A stretch of DNA of 54,894 nucleotides. It comes from a virus. Taxonomy: Duplodnaviria; Caudoviricetes. The stretch spans positions 1-54,894 of IMG/VR virus record IMGVR_UViG_3300031951_000204; one strand, 5' to 3'. The translations under genes were made by a program, and so were the position numbers. The notes beneath the pieces were generated by a model that saw only the letters and a list, made by a program, of their open reading frames with translations, was not told where the DNA came from and searched no databases. Numbering within the stretch: the first letter of the stretch is position 1; each line of letters starts with the position of its first letter. This document shows, in pieces, positions 1 to 8,714 of this stretch.

Positions 1-427
1 GCCATTTCTCAATGCGCGGGTCTTGGGAGGGGATGCGCCGTGGTTCCTGATCGTGCAGGCACCAGCGGGAGACGTTGAAGAGACTCAGGCGCTTTTCCTT
101 GAGTCCGTATCCGCGCTGGATGCCGCTTCCCCACCACTCGCCGCGGTGGATGCCGGGGCCAAGCGCCATCAACGAGCGTTGACGTTCTTCAACCCATCTT
201 GCGAATCCGTGGTTGTCATTTTGAGGGGTGATCCAGCGGGTGCGCGATCCGGCCAGCATCGACCAGCTTGCGCCGTCCTGATGCCATGAGCAAATCGCTT
301 CTCTGTATGGCTGTCCGCCATCCTCGATGATGGCGATGGTGGCATTGGTCCCGTCGATCTTTTCAGTGATGATGCAATCGCGGAAAAGGCGCGGGATTTT
401 TGGGAATGGTTCAAATGTCGGTGTCAT
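1..427 (-). CDS. RNA ligase (Rnl2-like nucleotidyltransferase), runs off the left edge; absent from the ORF track
   Basis: Manual translation from ATG 427 (ATGA overlap with the upstream ORF): MTPTFEPFPKIPRLFRDCIITEKIDGTNA...GSRTRWITPQNDNHGFARWV...GEWWGSGIQRGYGLKEKRLSLFN. Contains ligase motif I KxDGxN and a GEW motif. Confidence 0.85.
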   Translation of the reverse strand, partial: MTPTFEPFPKIPRLFRDCIITEKIDGTNATIAIIEDGGQPYREAICSWHQDGASWSMLAGSRTRWITPQNDNHGFARWVEERQRSLMALGPGIHRGEWWGSGIQRGYGLKEKRLSLFNVSRWCLHDQEPRRIPSQDPRIEKW

Positions 428-636
428 GGTGTGTCGTGGATATGGATTCCGTCTTTGGTGACGAAGGTTTCGCGTGAAGTGAGGTGGTAGAGTTCGCACA
501 CGTCGCACTGGTAAACGTAGAGTTTGCCGGTGCGGTGTTGGCGGTTCGGGTTGTTCATCAGGTGCAGGATGAAGACCTCCGCATGAACCTTGAGGCGGAA
601 CGCCTTTTTCTTGCGGCAGACTTCGGCGGCGGTCAT
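424..636 (-). CDS. small zinc-binding hypothetical protein
   Basis: YxCxxC..YHLT motif; ATGA-coupled on both sides. Confidence 0.65.
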   Translation of the reverse strand: MTAAEVCRKKKAFRLKVHAEVFILHLMNNPNRQHRTGKLYVYQCDVCELYHLTSRETFVTKDGIHIHDTP

Positions 637-965
637 AATGGCAAAAGAGGTTCGGTGAGTTGGCGTTTAGCCTCGCGGGTGAGGCGGGCGTTTTCGACAT
701 GCTCTTTGATGTCGTGTCGCAAGTGGCAGCGTTGGCAAAGATGGGCAAGGTTCTCGGCCCGGATGTCATGCTTGTCGTGCTTGTCCGCATTCATGGCGAA
801 TGGCTCGCCAAGGTGGGCGGTGGTGAGAATGACCTTGCTGCCGGTGATTGGATGCGGAGCATAATTCTCCGCTCCACACCACTCACACAAATCACGCGAC
901 CGGCGGCGGATGACGCGCACAACGCGCTTCCAGTTGCGAGGGTAGCGGTTCCAATCGACCGGCAT
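633..965 (-). CDS. HNH-family endonuclease-like protein
   Basis: YPxNW...CEWC...LTTAHL...ENLAHLCQRCHLRHD. Confidence 0.8.
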   Translation of the reverse strand: MPVDWNRYPRNWKRVVRVIRRRSRDLCEWCGAENYAPHPITGSKVILTTAHLGEPFAMNADKHDKHDIRAENLAHLCQRCHLRHDIKEHVENARLTREAKRQLTEPLLPL

Positions 966-968
966 GAT

Positions 969-1721
969 TCAGATGCGTTTGAATGAGATTTTCCATACCC
1001 AAGGATTAGAGCTCCAGCTTCCGGTGCCGTTGATGGCTTCCCACAAGACGGCATAAGCGCCTCGCGCTGTGGCCCATGTAATGCGCTCGCGGTCGGACGG
1101 AAATTTCGGGTCATCTCCATAGGTGAAGTCTTCGGGCATCGAAAGCGCAAGAGCGCCAATGTTCAGCTTGGGGAAATTGAAAATGACATTGAAGAGAGCT
1201 TCAAGCGGATGACCGACTCGCCCAATCCCCTCCGCCCACGCATCGCTTTCGCTGATGTCCTGCAATCGCTCGGCGCGGATGGATTCGATTTCCATCGCGA
1301 TGCGGCTGGCCCATCGAGGCATGAGAAGGCAAGGAATGGTTTTGCTTTCCGCCCATGGCCGGGGATCAGGCTTGAGTCTGCATCGTTGCACTTCGGCATC
1401 CGTCATGTGACGAAAGCAGGTTTTTTTTCCTTCCGCGTAAGCGATGATCGCGCCTTGAGCGGGGGATTCTTTGACGCATGTATCAAGGTGGAATGCGCCA
1501 AGGTGGAAGTTTTCCTTCACCCATAGCCTGTCTCCGGGCTTGCCGTAAGGGCAGCGCATGGCAAACGATTGAAGTGGAGGATGGCACATTGGAACCGGGC
1601 CTTGATCGGTGTGCCGCACGGCCATGGGTTGCGGTTTCACAATCCGCCGCGTCTGAGTCTTTCGACCATCGAGGATGGCGCGGACCATCGGCGCGGACAT
1701 GAGTATCGGGCGCTCTTTCAT
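969..1721 (-). CDS. ASCH/PUA-like phage protein
   Basis: MKERPILMSAPMVRAILDGRKTQTRR...CPYGKPGDRLWVKE...ERLQDISESDAWAEG...NPWVWKISF, a common phage family. Confidence 0.75.
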   Translation of the reverse strand: MKERPILMSAPMVRAILDGRKTQTRRIVKPQPMAVRHTDQGPVPMCHPPLQSFAMRCPYGKPGDRLWVKENFHLGAFHLDTCVKESPAQGAIIAYAEGKKTCFRHMTDAEVQRCRLKPDPRPWAESKTIPCLLMPRWASRIAMEIESIRAERLQDISESDAWAEGIGRVGHPLEALFNVIFNFPKLNIGALALSMPEDFTYGDDPKFPSDRERITWATARGAYAVLWEAINGTGSWSSNPWVWKISFKRI

Positions 1722-2497
1722 GGCGTGTAATCCTTTTCAAAGCACCACAGGCGGAAGCAGGCATGGAAGGCATCCAGCGCAGCCGGGCCGTTGTCCCATT
1801 GCTTGACATAGACATCCCCCGGCACGTCTGCCGGGATGATGACGGAAATCAGGTCCGGCGGGTTATCCCCCTCTTCCTTCAATGCGTCCGCATAGGCGGC
1901 AAGCTGCATGGCCCACTCCTTGTAAAAGCCGGGGGCGCGCTTGCCTTTGAGTCGCTGGGATTTGAAGTCGATCACCGCGCGGCGTCCGTTCTTTCGGATC
2001 GCATACAGGTCGAGGCGTCCGGCATAGCCAAGCTCGCCAACAACCGATTGCTCGGCGGAAATCGTGGTTTCGATTTCCTCTTTCAGCCATTTTTCCACGC
2101 CGCGGACGTAATCCAGAATCTCGCCCGTGGCGGTGAATGCCCCGGTGGTGGCGTAGGATTCAACCTGCTCGTGCAAGAGCGTTCCCCATTCGGCAGCCTC
2201 GCGCCCGATGCGGTCGCTTTCCTCGGCAATGCGGGAATGCCATTGCTCTTCCGGTTCGCCGGGATTTTGCGGGGTGGTGAGCGCCGCGCGGATCGCGTTG
2301 TCCTGCAACCATGTTGTGAGCGCGGGCTTGGCTTTCATGCCCAAGATATTCGTGACTGACGGCACAAGGTTCATCTTGCGCGCGTCCGCCACGGTGGTTG
2401 GGCGCGGCAGCCCGGTGGATTTTCCAATGACCTCGTGACAGGCGGTGCCGTCACGGTGATACCAGTGGGAGCTTTCAGCTTTGCGGTTGATCTTCAT
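1718..2497 (-). CDS. PD-(D/E)XK exonuclease (RecB/Cas4-like)
   Basis: PSVTNIL, GTLLH, YAGRLD, IDFKS and QLAAY motifs. Confidence 0.85.
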   Translation of the reverse strand: MKINRKAESSHWYHRDGTACHEVIGKSTGLPRPTTVADARKMNLVPSVTNILGMKAKPALTTWLQDNAIRAALTTPQNPGEPEEQWHSRIAEESDRIGREAAEWGTLLHEQVESYATTGAFTATGEILDYVRGVEKWLKEEIETTISAEQSVVGELGYAGRLDLYAIRKNGRRAVIDFKSQRLKGKRAPGFYKEWAMQLAAYADALKEEGDNPPDLISVIIPADVPGDVYVKQWDNGPAALDAFHACFRLWCFEKDYTP

Positions 2498-2687
2498 GTT
2501 TTGTTGGGGCTTCGGGTCCGAGAATGATGGCGGCTTTGCGGGCGAATGGGACGCCCTTCACGTTGCTTGCTGCAAGGTAGGCTTTCAGCACTTCCGCGCT
2601 TTCCGCGGCAATGATGATGACCTTGCCTTGATGGTCGGTGAAGGTGGCAACGCCGATGAAGGAGTTTTCTGAGGATGGTTCGCTCAT
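2475..2687 (-). CDS. hypothetical protein
   Basis: Operon-coupled 70-aa ORF. Confidence 0.5.
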   Translation of the reverse strand: MSEPSSENSFIGVATFTDHQGKVIIIAAESAEVLKAYLAASNVKGVPFARKAAIILGPEAPTKHEDQPQS

Positions 2688-3970
2688 GGCGCGACCTCCT
2701 TCCCGTCCACATAGGCAATCGCGCCGTCCTCAATGTGTAGCCCCTCATTGCCGGGCGATTCCGAGAATTTTTCGATCCAACATTGGAACCCGCGCTCCGC
2801 GGCAAGGCCGGAGAGCATCTTGAGGTTGGCGGAGTTCATCAAAGCGCCCTCGCGGATCAGGATGATTCGCAGGTCCGGGTTTTGACTCATAGCGACCAAT
2901 GCCGAAATCCTGATTTGCTCCGCGGTGGAAAGCTGGGAGAAGAACACGCCGTTCATCAACACTCCTTCATCCGTCAGTTCCAGCCCGTCGATGGGAAGCG
3001 CGGCTTCCTTGATGGCGTTCGACTTCTCGATGTCGATTTCCTCAATCCGCCGGTCCAGCGTGGCATACTCTGAGCGAAGCTTTGTCACGCGCTCGGAAAG
3101 TTCCTTGTGCTTGCGCGCTTGGCGCACGGCGCGGTTGGTTTCGTCAACCTTGGCGATGGCGTTGCGGGCTTCGGTGATTTGCTCCGGCGCGGGCGCGGCA
3201 CCCTTGGCCTTGGCGTATTCCTCACGCGCGAGGATGCTTGCGTCGTCAGCGTCCTTGAACTCAACGCGGGCCTCCGCCATTTCTTTTTCAATCTGTTCGA
3301 TGCGTGAAATAGCATCCCGGCGGCGCTTGTCTGCCGCTACGGAATCGCTGGCGAGTTTTTCAACCACCCGCGCCTTGGATTCCAAATCTGACAGCGTGCC
3401 CACCAGTTCGGCGGCGCTCACTTCCTCGGACGGCACGCCCTCCGAGGGTTCCGGCACGGCGGTAAGCTGGGCGGCGGCTTCTTTGCCGTCGCGGCCTACC
3501 GTAGTGCGTTCGACATAATATCTAGCGCGTTTGGCGTCGAGGTCGGAGAAGTCCAGCCCGGCGGCGGCTTTCAGCGCCTCCACTTGATCCCTCGGCTTGA
3601 GGCGGGTGAACTCCAAAGGATCAAAAGCGTAGTTGCCAAGCAGGCCGTTGAGGAAAGTTTGCGCCTTCTGCACCGGCAATCCTTCCGCGGTGGTCAGGGT
3701 GAGGTAGCTGCCTTTCTTCGTGATCTTGCGTTCCAGCAGGTATTCCGCTTTGTCAGCGCCAAGCGTGAGCTTGATGTTGGCTGCCGGGCGTCCGTGGCGG
3801 ATGGGATCATCCAAGCCGGTGTTGGACAGCGCAAGGAGGATGCCGTCGAGCACGGAGCTTTTTCCTTGGCCGTTGTCGCCGGTCAGGATCACGGGCTTGC
3901 CGGTGGCAGGGTCAATCTCGATGGCGGAGATTCGTTTCAGGTCGTTGATTTCCAAATGTAAAATGTTCAT
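2684..3970 (-). CDS. SMC/SbcC-like ATPase (AAA_23 type)
   Basis: Walker A GDNGQGKSS, long coiled coil, LSTAEQ signature-like motif. Confidence 0.85.
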   Translation of the reverse strand: MNILHLEINDLKRISAIEIDPATGKPVILTGDNGQGKSSVLDGILLALSNTGLDDPIRHGRPAANIKLTLGADKAEYLLERKITKKGSYLTLTTAEGLPVQKAQTFLNGLLGNYAFDPLEFTRLKPRDQVEALKAAAGLDFSDLDAKRARYYVERTTVGRDGKEAAAQLTAVPEPSEGVPSEEVSAAELVGTLSDLESKARVVEKLASDSVAADKRRRDAISRIEQIEKEMAEARVEFKDADDASILAREEYAKAKGAAPAPEQITEARNAIAKVDETNRAVRQARKHKELSERVTKLRSEYATLDRRIEEIDIEKSNAIKEAALPIDGLELTDEGVLMNGVFFSQLSTAEQIRISALVAMSQNPDLRIILIREGALMNSANLKMLSGLAAERGFQCWIEKFSESPGNEGLHIEDGAIAYVDGKEVAP

Positions 3971-3985
3971 GTCTTTTTGTGTTGG

Positions 3986-4165
3986 TTAGAAGCGTGCGAT
4001 TTTGGCTTGAAGGCTGGCGCGGATAGCGACGAGTTGATTCAGGTGGCGCGTTCCCGCTCGTGGCTTGTATCGCCTTATTTGTTTCATCACTTGGATGTCT
4101 CCGGAGGTGTTGGCAAGTTGCGTTTGGAGGCTGGCAAGAGCCTCGGTTCTTTGTGCGGTGTGCAT
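3986..4165 (-). CDS. hypothetical protein (59 aa, not in the ORF track)
   Basis: Manual translation MHTAQRTEALASLQTQL...QAKIARF; fills the operon gap. Confidence 0.5.
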   Translation of the reverse strand: MHTAQRTEALASLQTQLANTSGDIQVMKQIRRYKPRAGTRHLNQLVAIRASLQAKIARF

Positions 4166-4190
4166 GGTTCGGACTTTTGTGAGAATGGGT

Positions 4191-4297
4191 GAAGTGGGAG
4201 GCAGTTTATCGCCTCAATCGGTGCGTGCCGCTTTTGCTTGCGCCGCTGGCCGCTGTTTCCCGTGCTTTCGCTGCGTGTCACTCCACGCCGCCACTTC
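4191..4297 (-). ncRNA. candidate tRNA-like structured RNA
   Basis: 7-bp outer stem GAAGTGG/CCACTTC, 2-nt linker, hairpin GCGTG-GAGTGA-CACGC, and hairpin GAGGC-GATAAACT-GCCTC stacked on the 3' strand. Confidence 0.5.
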
Positions 4298-4457
4298 GTT
4301 TGTGCCGTCTCTCCGGCTGGTCACGCTGTTCCTGCCCGCGTTTGGCGCATCAGTATGTTCGCCCCTGCCACTTGCCATCCCTTCACGGATCGCGCAGGAA
4401 ATGGCCTGCTCTGAGTTGGTCCGCTACTGGCATCGGGGCTTATGGTTGGGAAATGGT

Positions 4458-4964
4458 CTAAAATGGAATATCATCCGATTCATCCTCCACCGGAGCGGAA
4501 GGCGGCTGGGCCTTGGCTGGCGGCGTGGAAACCGTCGATCCCTTCACGGCTGGCTTGTCGTAAAGGAAAGTCTCGATCTTGTTGCGGTCGTAATCCTTCG
4601 TTTTGCCTTGCACGCGCTCGATGCCAAGGCGTGCGGTGCCGCGCTGTTTCATTATCCACTTGATGAAGTCAGGCGACTCGAAATCCACCTTGCGGCCCGG
4701 ATCAATCGACCCGCCGCAAATGCACTTGAGGAACTGGTTGATCTTCCACGCGGCGGCGTCGGAGAAAACAAAGTTCTCATAGACGTGAACCTTGTGATCG
4801 TCCGGGCCGTGGAACTCAAACTTGACCGGCAGCATGGCATGGCCGGTTTTCTGAGTGGTGGTCATGGCGTTCACTTCAAGCAGAATGAACGGGTAATCCC
4901 CCTTGGGAAGCGGCTCAAAGCTCTTTTCCTCGGGTTCCTGATAGGTGTAATTGCGTGGGTCCAT
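4458..4964 (-). CDS. DUF669-family ssDNA-binding protein
   Basis: FEPLPKGDY N-terminus and acidic C-terminal tail DESDDIPF. Confidence 0.8.
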   Translation of the reverse strand: MDPRNYTYQEPEEKSFEPLPKGDYPFILLEVNAMTTTQKTGHAMLPVKFEFHGPDDHKVHVYENFVFSDAAAWKINQFLKCICGGSIDPGRKVDFESPDFIKWIMKQRGTARLGIERVQGKTKDYDRNKIETFLYDKPAVKGSTVSTPPAKAQPPSAPVEDESDDIPF

Positions 4965-4966
4965 GG

Positions 4967-5791
4967 TTATGCGGTGTAAATGTGGCTTTCAATGAGTGGG
5001 CGGGGAAGCGTGCGGATTGATCCGCGAATGACTGGCGGGAGGCTCTTGTTTTTCGCTCGCAGGCTAGCGGTGAGAGACTTCACCACTTCGTCAAACGCGA
5101 GTTCCGCGATATTGTCGCAATGCAGGAGCTTGACCTCGAAAGACAGCTTGCCCTCTTGGATGCGGTAGCGGAACAAGCCGGAAACCTCAAACGTGGTGGA
5201 TTCCTCCGCGCCCTTGAATACGGGGATGCGGAGTTTCAACCCGGATGGAACGCGCACGTCCCCCGCGGCCTTGGCGTCCGTGGTTTCCTCCCAGCAAAGC
5301 GAGGTGTCGCCATTTTGCAGGCGCACGGCATTGGTGAAGGAAACCTTGCGCATACCTGACAGGCTGGTGGCCACGGTTAGCACGTCGGCGGCTTTCGGTT
5401 CCATGATGTCATCAAGGTGCTCTTCGATGAACTCCGCGAACTTCTGTTGTGTGAGCGGCTGGCCGCTGATGCGCGTCCAGTCCTGCCATTCGCGGGTGAA
5501 TTGCAGCGGGAATGTGGCGGAGTGCTCTCCCCATCCGTTCACTTCGTTGTCGTGCCAATCGAAAATCGCGGCAATGTTCATTGCGCTCAGACTGGCGAGC
5601 ACGACGGTTTGGTCGCTGAGGTGCAGCCAGATGTAATCAAGCAGCGCGTCGATGGATTCCGCCTGAACGTGCCCTTTCGGGTAATCGGGCAGCGTGAAAA
5701 GCTCGTCGGGGACGATCTTGTGACCGGGCGGGATGGACACCCCGCCTTTGTTGTTTGGAACGCGCAGGGCGTTGATGAGTTCTTGGATCAT
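4967..5791 (-). CDS. DUF2303 (YfdQ-like) protein
   Basis: QQKFAEFIEEH, LRIPVFKG and FRYRI motifs; follows its usual partner gene. Confidence 0.8.
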   Translation of the reverse strand: MIQELINALRVPNNKGGVSIPPGHKIVPDELFTLPDYPKGHVQAESIDALLDYIWLHLSDQTVVLASLSAMNIAAIFDWHDNEVNGWGEHSATFPLQFTREWQDWTRISGQPLTQQKFAEFIEEHLDDIMEPKAADVLTVATSLSGMRKVSFTNAVRLQNGDTSLCWEETTDAKAAGDVRVPSGLKLRIPVFKGAEESTTFEVSGLFRYRIQEGKLSFEVKLLHCDNIAELAFDEVVKSLTASLRAKNKSLPPVIRGSIRTLPRPLIESHIYTA

Positions 5792-5795
5792 GGTT

Positions 5796-6083
5796 TTAGA
5801 GGCGGATTTCGTCGGTGAGGTTGTTGAGGTTGTCGGTGTTGCGGGTTATGCGGGTCAGAATTTCCGTGAGCACTTCTTCAAGGTGGCTGACGGCTGGTTG
5901 ATCGCGTACGTCTTTCATGTTGGTCGGACAGGCAGGATGGGAGAGCCGGATTCTTTCAGTGCGGCATGCAAGGCGCTCGACAGCTTCCGAGTTGCACAGA
6001 ATGGCGGTGTTGATTTGATTCAAAATGCTATCCACCGGACTGGAAATCGGTTCAGTCATGGCGCAGTCTTGATATTTTGACAT
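5796..6083 (-). CDS. hypothetical coiled-coil protein
   Basis: Operon-coupled ORF. Confidence 0.55.
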   Translation of the reverse strand: MSKYQDCAMTEPISSPVDSILNQINTAILCNSEAVERLACRTERIRLSHPACPTNMKDVRDQPAVSHLEEVLTEILTRITRNTDNLNNLTDEIRL

Positions 6084-6087
6084 GGCT

Positions 6088-6444
6088 TTACTGGTTGGCG
6101 GCTTTTGGGGTGACTACCTTCGGCTTTTCACCGAACGGCAGCTTGAGTTGCTTCGGGTTGTCGCGGACAAGCTGGCCCTCGTGGACGAAGAACATGCTGG
6201 GCGCGATGTCGGGCACGGGAACGCTGCATTTCACGGTTCCGGAGACTTCCACTTGGCCGGAGTCATGGCCGCGCGGTTTGATTTCCAGCGTCAGGGTAAG
6301 CGTGCCTTTTTTGGCAGTCTCGCCTACGGCGGCGACAAGTTCCGCAAGTTGCTCGCTTGCCTGTTCGGCAAGGTCGCCATGGGAGACTTCTGACAGGGTG
6401 CGGGCAAACATATTGCTCGGCAGTTGGTCGGTTTCTTCACTCAT
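6088..6444 (-). CDS. YfdP-like conserved phage protein
   Basis: LAELVAAVGETAKKGTLTLTLEIKP...FFVHEGQLVRDNPKQ; usually precedes DUF2303. Confidence 0.7.
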   Translation of the reverse strand: MSEETDQLPSNMFARTLSEVSHGDLAEQASEQLAELVAAVGETAKKGTLTLTLEIKPRGHDSGQVEVSGTVKCSVPVPDIAPSMFFVHEGQLVRDNPKQLKLPFGEKPKVVTPKAANQ

Positions 6445-7402
6445 TGGTTTCGGTTGGTTGGGGTTCGGGTTGATTCTTTTCGGCGGCGTGCTCGGTCACG
6501 GCTTTGCGGAAGGCGTCTGCTTTGTTCAGGATGTTCTTGCGCTTGGCTTCCTTGAGGTCTGAGAGCTTTTGCCCTTCCAAGAGCCAGCCGATTGACAGGA
6601 GGTATGCTGTCGCGTCGTCCTCGATGCCCTTGAACACGCGGGCGAGGTCGTCCGTGCTGGCGTGGACCTTGGCGACCGCGGCGCGGGCGGCGAAGTCGTC
6701 CCATGACAGTTCCATTTCGGATGGAAGGTCGAAGCGGGACTTGGCGAGGAATCCGGGGCGCTCTTCCGTGAACATCACGCGCTTGCCCTCTCCCATGGCG
6801 CGGGCTTTCTTCGCGCCCTTTTCCTTGCGGAATGATTGATCGAACTTGGCGAAGAACATACAATCCACCGCCTCATGCCACGCCGCGGCGGCTTGCTGGT
6901 GCATCTTGAGCAAGTAGCGGTCATACCGCTCGCCCTCGATAACATCCTCCACCGTCTTGACGATGGCATGGCCGAGCGTGACCACGTTCATCTTGTTACG
7001 CAGGCGCTTGAGCTTCTTGAAATACTCAACCCATTGTTCGGTCGCGCGGACGTATCCCTTGCCGAAACCTCCGTCGATTTCCTCAATCGAATTGCAACGG
7101 GCCTCCTTGCAGAGAAACGCCCAAAGCAGGGGTTCCAATCCGTTCACGGTGTCGATCACCGCAGTTTCAAAATCGTGCGTCTCGTTTTGCAACGTGTCGA
7201 TGGCCGCGATTGCCTGTTGCCAGTTCTCAAGGATTGGGAGGCGGGCAACGTCCATCGTGCCGGTGCCGTCGTCAGTGCCGATGAAGATGGGCTTCGGTGC
7301 GGCGGCGGCGAATGTGGACTTGCCCACGCCGCCGGGGCCGTAAAGTCCGATGAAGTGAGGTCGGGCGATTGGCCCGCGGGTAATTTGTGATAACATGCTC
7401 AT
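6437..7402 (-). CDS. AAA_24 phage ATPase (Sak4-like recombination protein)
   Basis: LYGPGGVGKSTFAA Walker A, VIDT Walker B, AKSRF; start placed at ATG 7402. Confidence 0.85.
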   Translation of the reverse strand: MSMLSQITRGPIARPHFIGLYGPGGVGKSTFAAAAPKPIFIGTDDGTGTMDVARLPILENWQQAIAAIDTLQNETHDFETAVIDTVNGLEPLLWAFLCKEARCNSIEEIDGGFGKGYVRATEQWVEYFKKLKRLRNKMNVVTLGHAIVKTVEDVIEGERYDRYLLKMHQQAAAAWHEAVDCMFFAKFDQSFRKEKGAKKARAMGEGKRVMFTEERPGFLAKSRFDLPSEMELSWDDFAARAAVAKVHASTDDLARVFKGIEDDATAYLLSIGWLLEGQKLSDLKEAKRKNILNKADAFRKAVTEHAAEKNQPEPQPTETNE

Positions 7403-7406
7403 GTCT

Positions 7407-7703
7407 TTATTTGGTTGGGAAAATGCGGGCGAGGCAGGCAAGCCCCTCGGTGGTGATCTGGACGATGATGATGCGGCGATCCGTTTGATGCTTTTCGCGG
7501 CGCACGAGATTCATCTTTTCAAGCTGGTCAATCAGGCCGGTTGCGGCAGCGGTCGAAAACCCCACCTTGTCGGCAATGGTCGTCATTTTCACGCCGTTGT
7601 CAGAGTGACCGATAAGCGTCAAAGCGTGAACCACAGTGACCGCATTGATGTTCTCCTCGCGTGCGCGGCGACACGCCTGCATAAACTGTTCGGTGAAGTT
7701 CAT
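7407..7703 (-). CDS. MarR-family winged-helix regulator
   Basis: MTTIADKVGFSTAAATGLIDQLEKMNLVRR...DRRIIIVQITTEG; ATGA-coupled start at 7703. Confidence 0.85.
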   Translation of the reverse strand: MNFTEQFMQACRRAREENINAVTVVHALTLIGHSDNGVKMTTIADKVGFSTAAATGLIDQLEKMNLVRREKHQTDRRIIIVQITTEGLACLARIFPTK

Positions 7704-7882
7704 GCCCTGCCTCCATTTCCATACCAAGCGGAGGCGCAGAAAAAGACGCAGGCCATGACCCAAGCTCCAGCCACGGCAAAGCCGTTTCGCTGAGTGATGG
7801 CGTAAAGGCCAAGTGCGACGGACGCCAAAAACATGATGGCGCATGACAGACAGACGGTTGATGGGTGGATTTTCATATTCAT
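7700..7882 (-). CDS. small two-TM membrane protein
   Basis: Two hydrophobic stretches; preceded by the CCCAACGAAAC leader motif. Confidence 0.6.
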   Translation of the reverse strand: MNMKIHPSTVCLSCAIMFLASVALGLYAITQRNGFAVAGAWVMACVFFCASAWYGNGGRA

Positions 7883-7983
7883 GTTTCGTTGGGTTCCTCT
7901 CTTCTCCGGCTCATTTTGAAACCACACAGGGCAGGCATTGTTTTACTTGGCCGCCACCCAAGCGTTTGAAGAGAGGAAATCTT

Positions 7984-8244
7984 TCAATGCTCGATGTTCT
8001 TCTCAATGAACTCGGCAATATCCGACAAGCGGTAAGCGATCTTCTTTTTGGAGGCGAGGACCACGCGGGGGATTCCCATGCTGTCCAGTGTCTTGCCATC
8101 CACGTCCAGCAAGCCAGCGGCTTGCGCCTTGGATACGAGCGTCAGCTTCTCGCTGTGCTTCGCCATGATGGTGGCAACGACCTCCGCCTTGGCCTCGGCA
8201 AGCACGGTATCAAGTTGCTCGGGGGTGAGGGTGAGGGTGTTCAT
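7984..8244 (-). CDS. excisionase-like (HTH_17/MerR-type) DNA-binding protein
   Basis: LVSKAQAAGLLDV...IP...IAYRLSDIAEFI. Confidence 0.7.
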   Translation of the reverse strand: MNTLTLTPEQLDTVLAEAKAEVVATIMAKHSEKLTLVSKAQAAGLLDVDGKTLDSMGIPRVVLASKKKIAYRLSDIAEFIEKNIEH

Positions 8245-8420
8245 GCCAGTCTCTCCCGAATGAGTTGCTCGATCCAAGTGGAAAGGCTCAGGCCGTCATT
8301 GAAAGCGGCTTTCATCGCCTTGGTGCGGACGCCCGGATTCAGGACTATGTTTTGCCGCACTTTTGTCACCTGTTTGGTGGGACGGCCCCGTTGTTTTTTT
8401 GGAGTGGCTTGCTTGCTCAT
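8241..8420 (-). CDS. ribbon-helix-helix regulator (Cro-like position)
   Basis: RGRP hook, strand RQNIVL, then AMKAAFNDGLSLSTWIEQLIRE. Confidence 0.7.
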   Translation of the reverse strand: MSKQATPKKQRGRPTKQVTKVRQNIVLNPGVRTKAMKAAFNDGLSLSTWIEQLIRERLA

Positions 8421-8542
8421 TGCGTGGCGAATGAATGCGCAATGAGTGTGTAGTAAGCAAGTGGGAAATATCACTATGATTAAAATTGCGCACAAAAAAT
8501 CATTTTGTGATTATAGCCGGGGGGGGGTATTGTCCTCCCGTC

Positions 8543-8713
8543 ATGGACGCGAAACCACAAAAAAAGGTGGCTCAAAAAACCCCGAAAGGCCGTCACAATT
8601 TCAGTATTTCTAGCACAACTCTGGAAATGCTGAGGCGTGCCGCAGAAAAAGAAGATTGCTCGATGTCCGCCTTGTTGACCCGCTGGATTTTGGAAAAGAC
8701 CAGCGGCATGTAA
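8543..8713 (+). CDS. ribbon-helix-helix regulator (repressor-like position)
   Basis: HNFSIS strand, then LEMLRRAAEKEDCSMSALLTRWI. Confidence 0.7.
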   Translation: MDAKPQKKVAQKTPKGRHNFSISSTTLEMLRRAAEKEDCSMSALLTRWILEKTSGM

Positions 8714-8714
8714 A

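Noticed and set aside
23-414. Track ORFs 23-289 (+) and 169-414 (-)
   Set aside because: Shadow frames of the RNA ligase ORF starting at 427.
1718-2497. Cas4 of a CRISPR-Cas system
   Set aside because: No Fe-S cysteines, cas genes or array; it sits in a phage recombination operon.
7894-7978. Twister ribozyme
   Set aside because: Partial resemblance only (CAATGC..GCC, GGTT..AGCC); the remaining conserved pseudoknot partners could not be placed.
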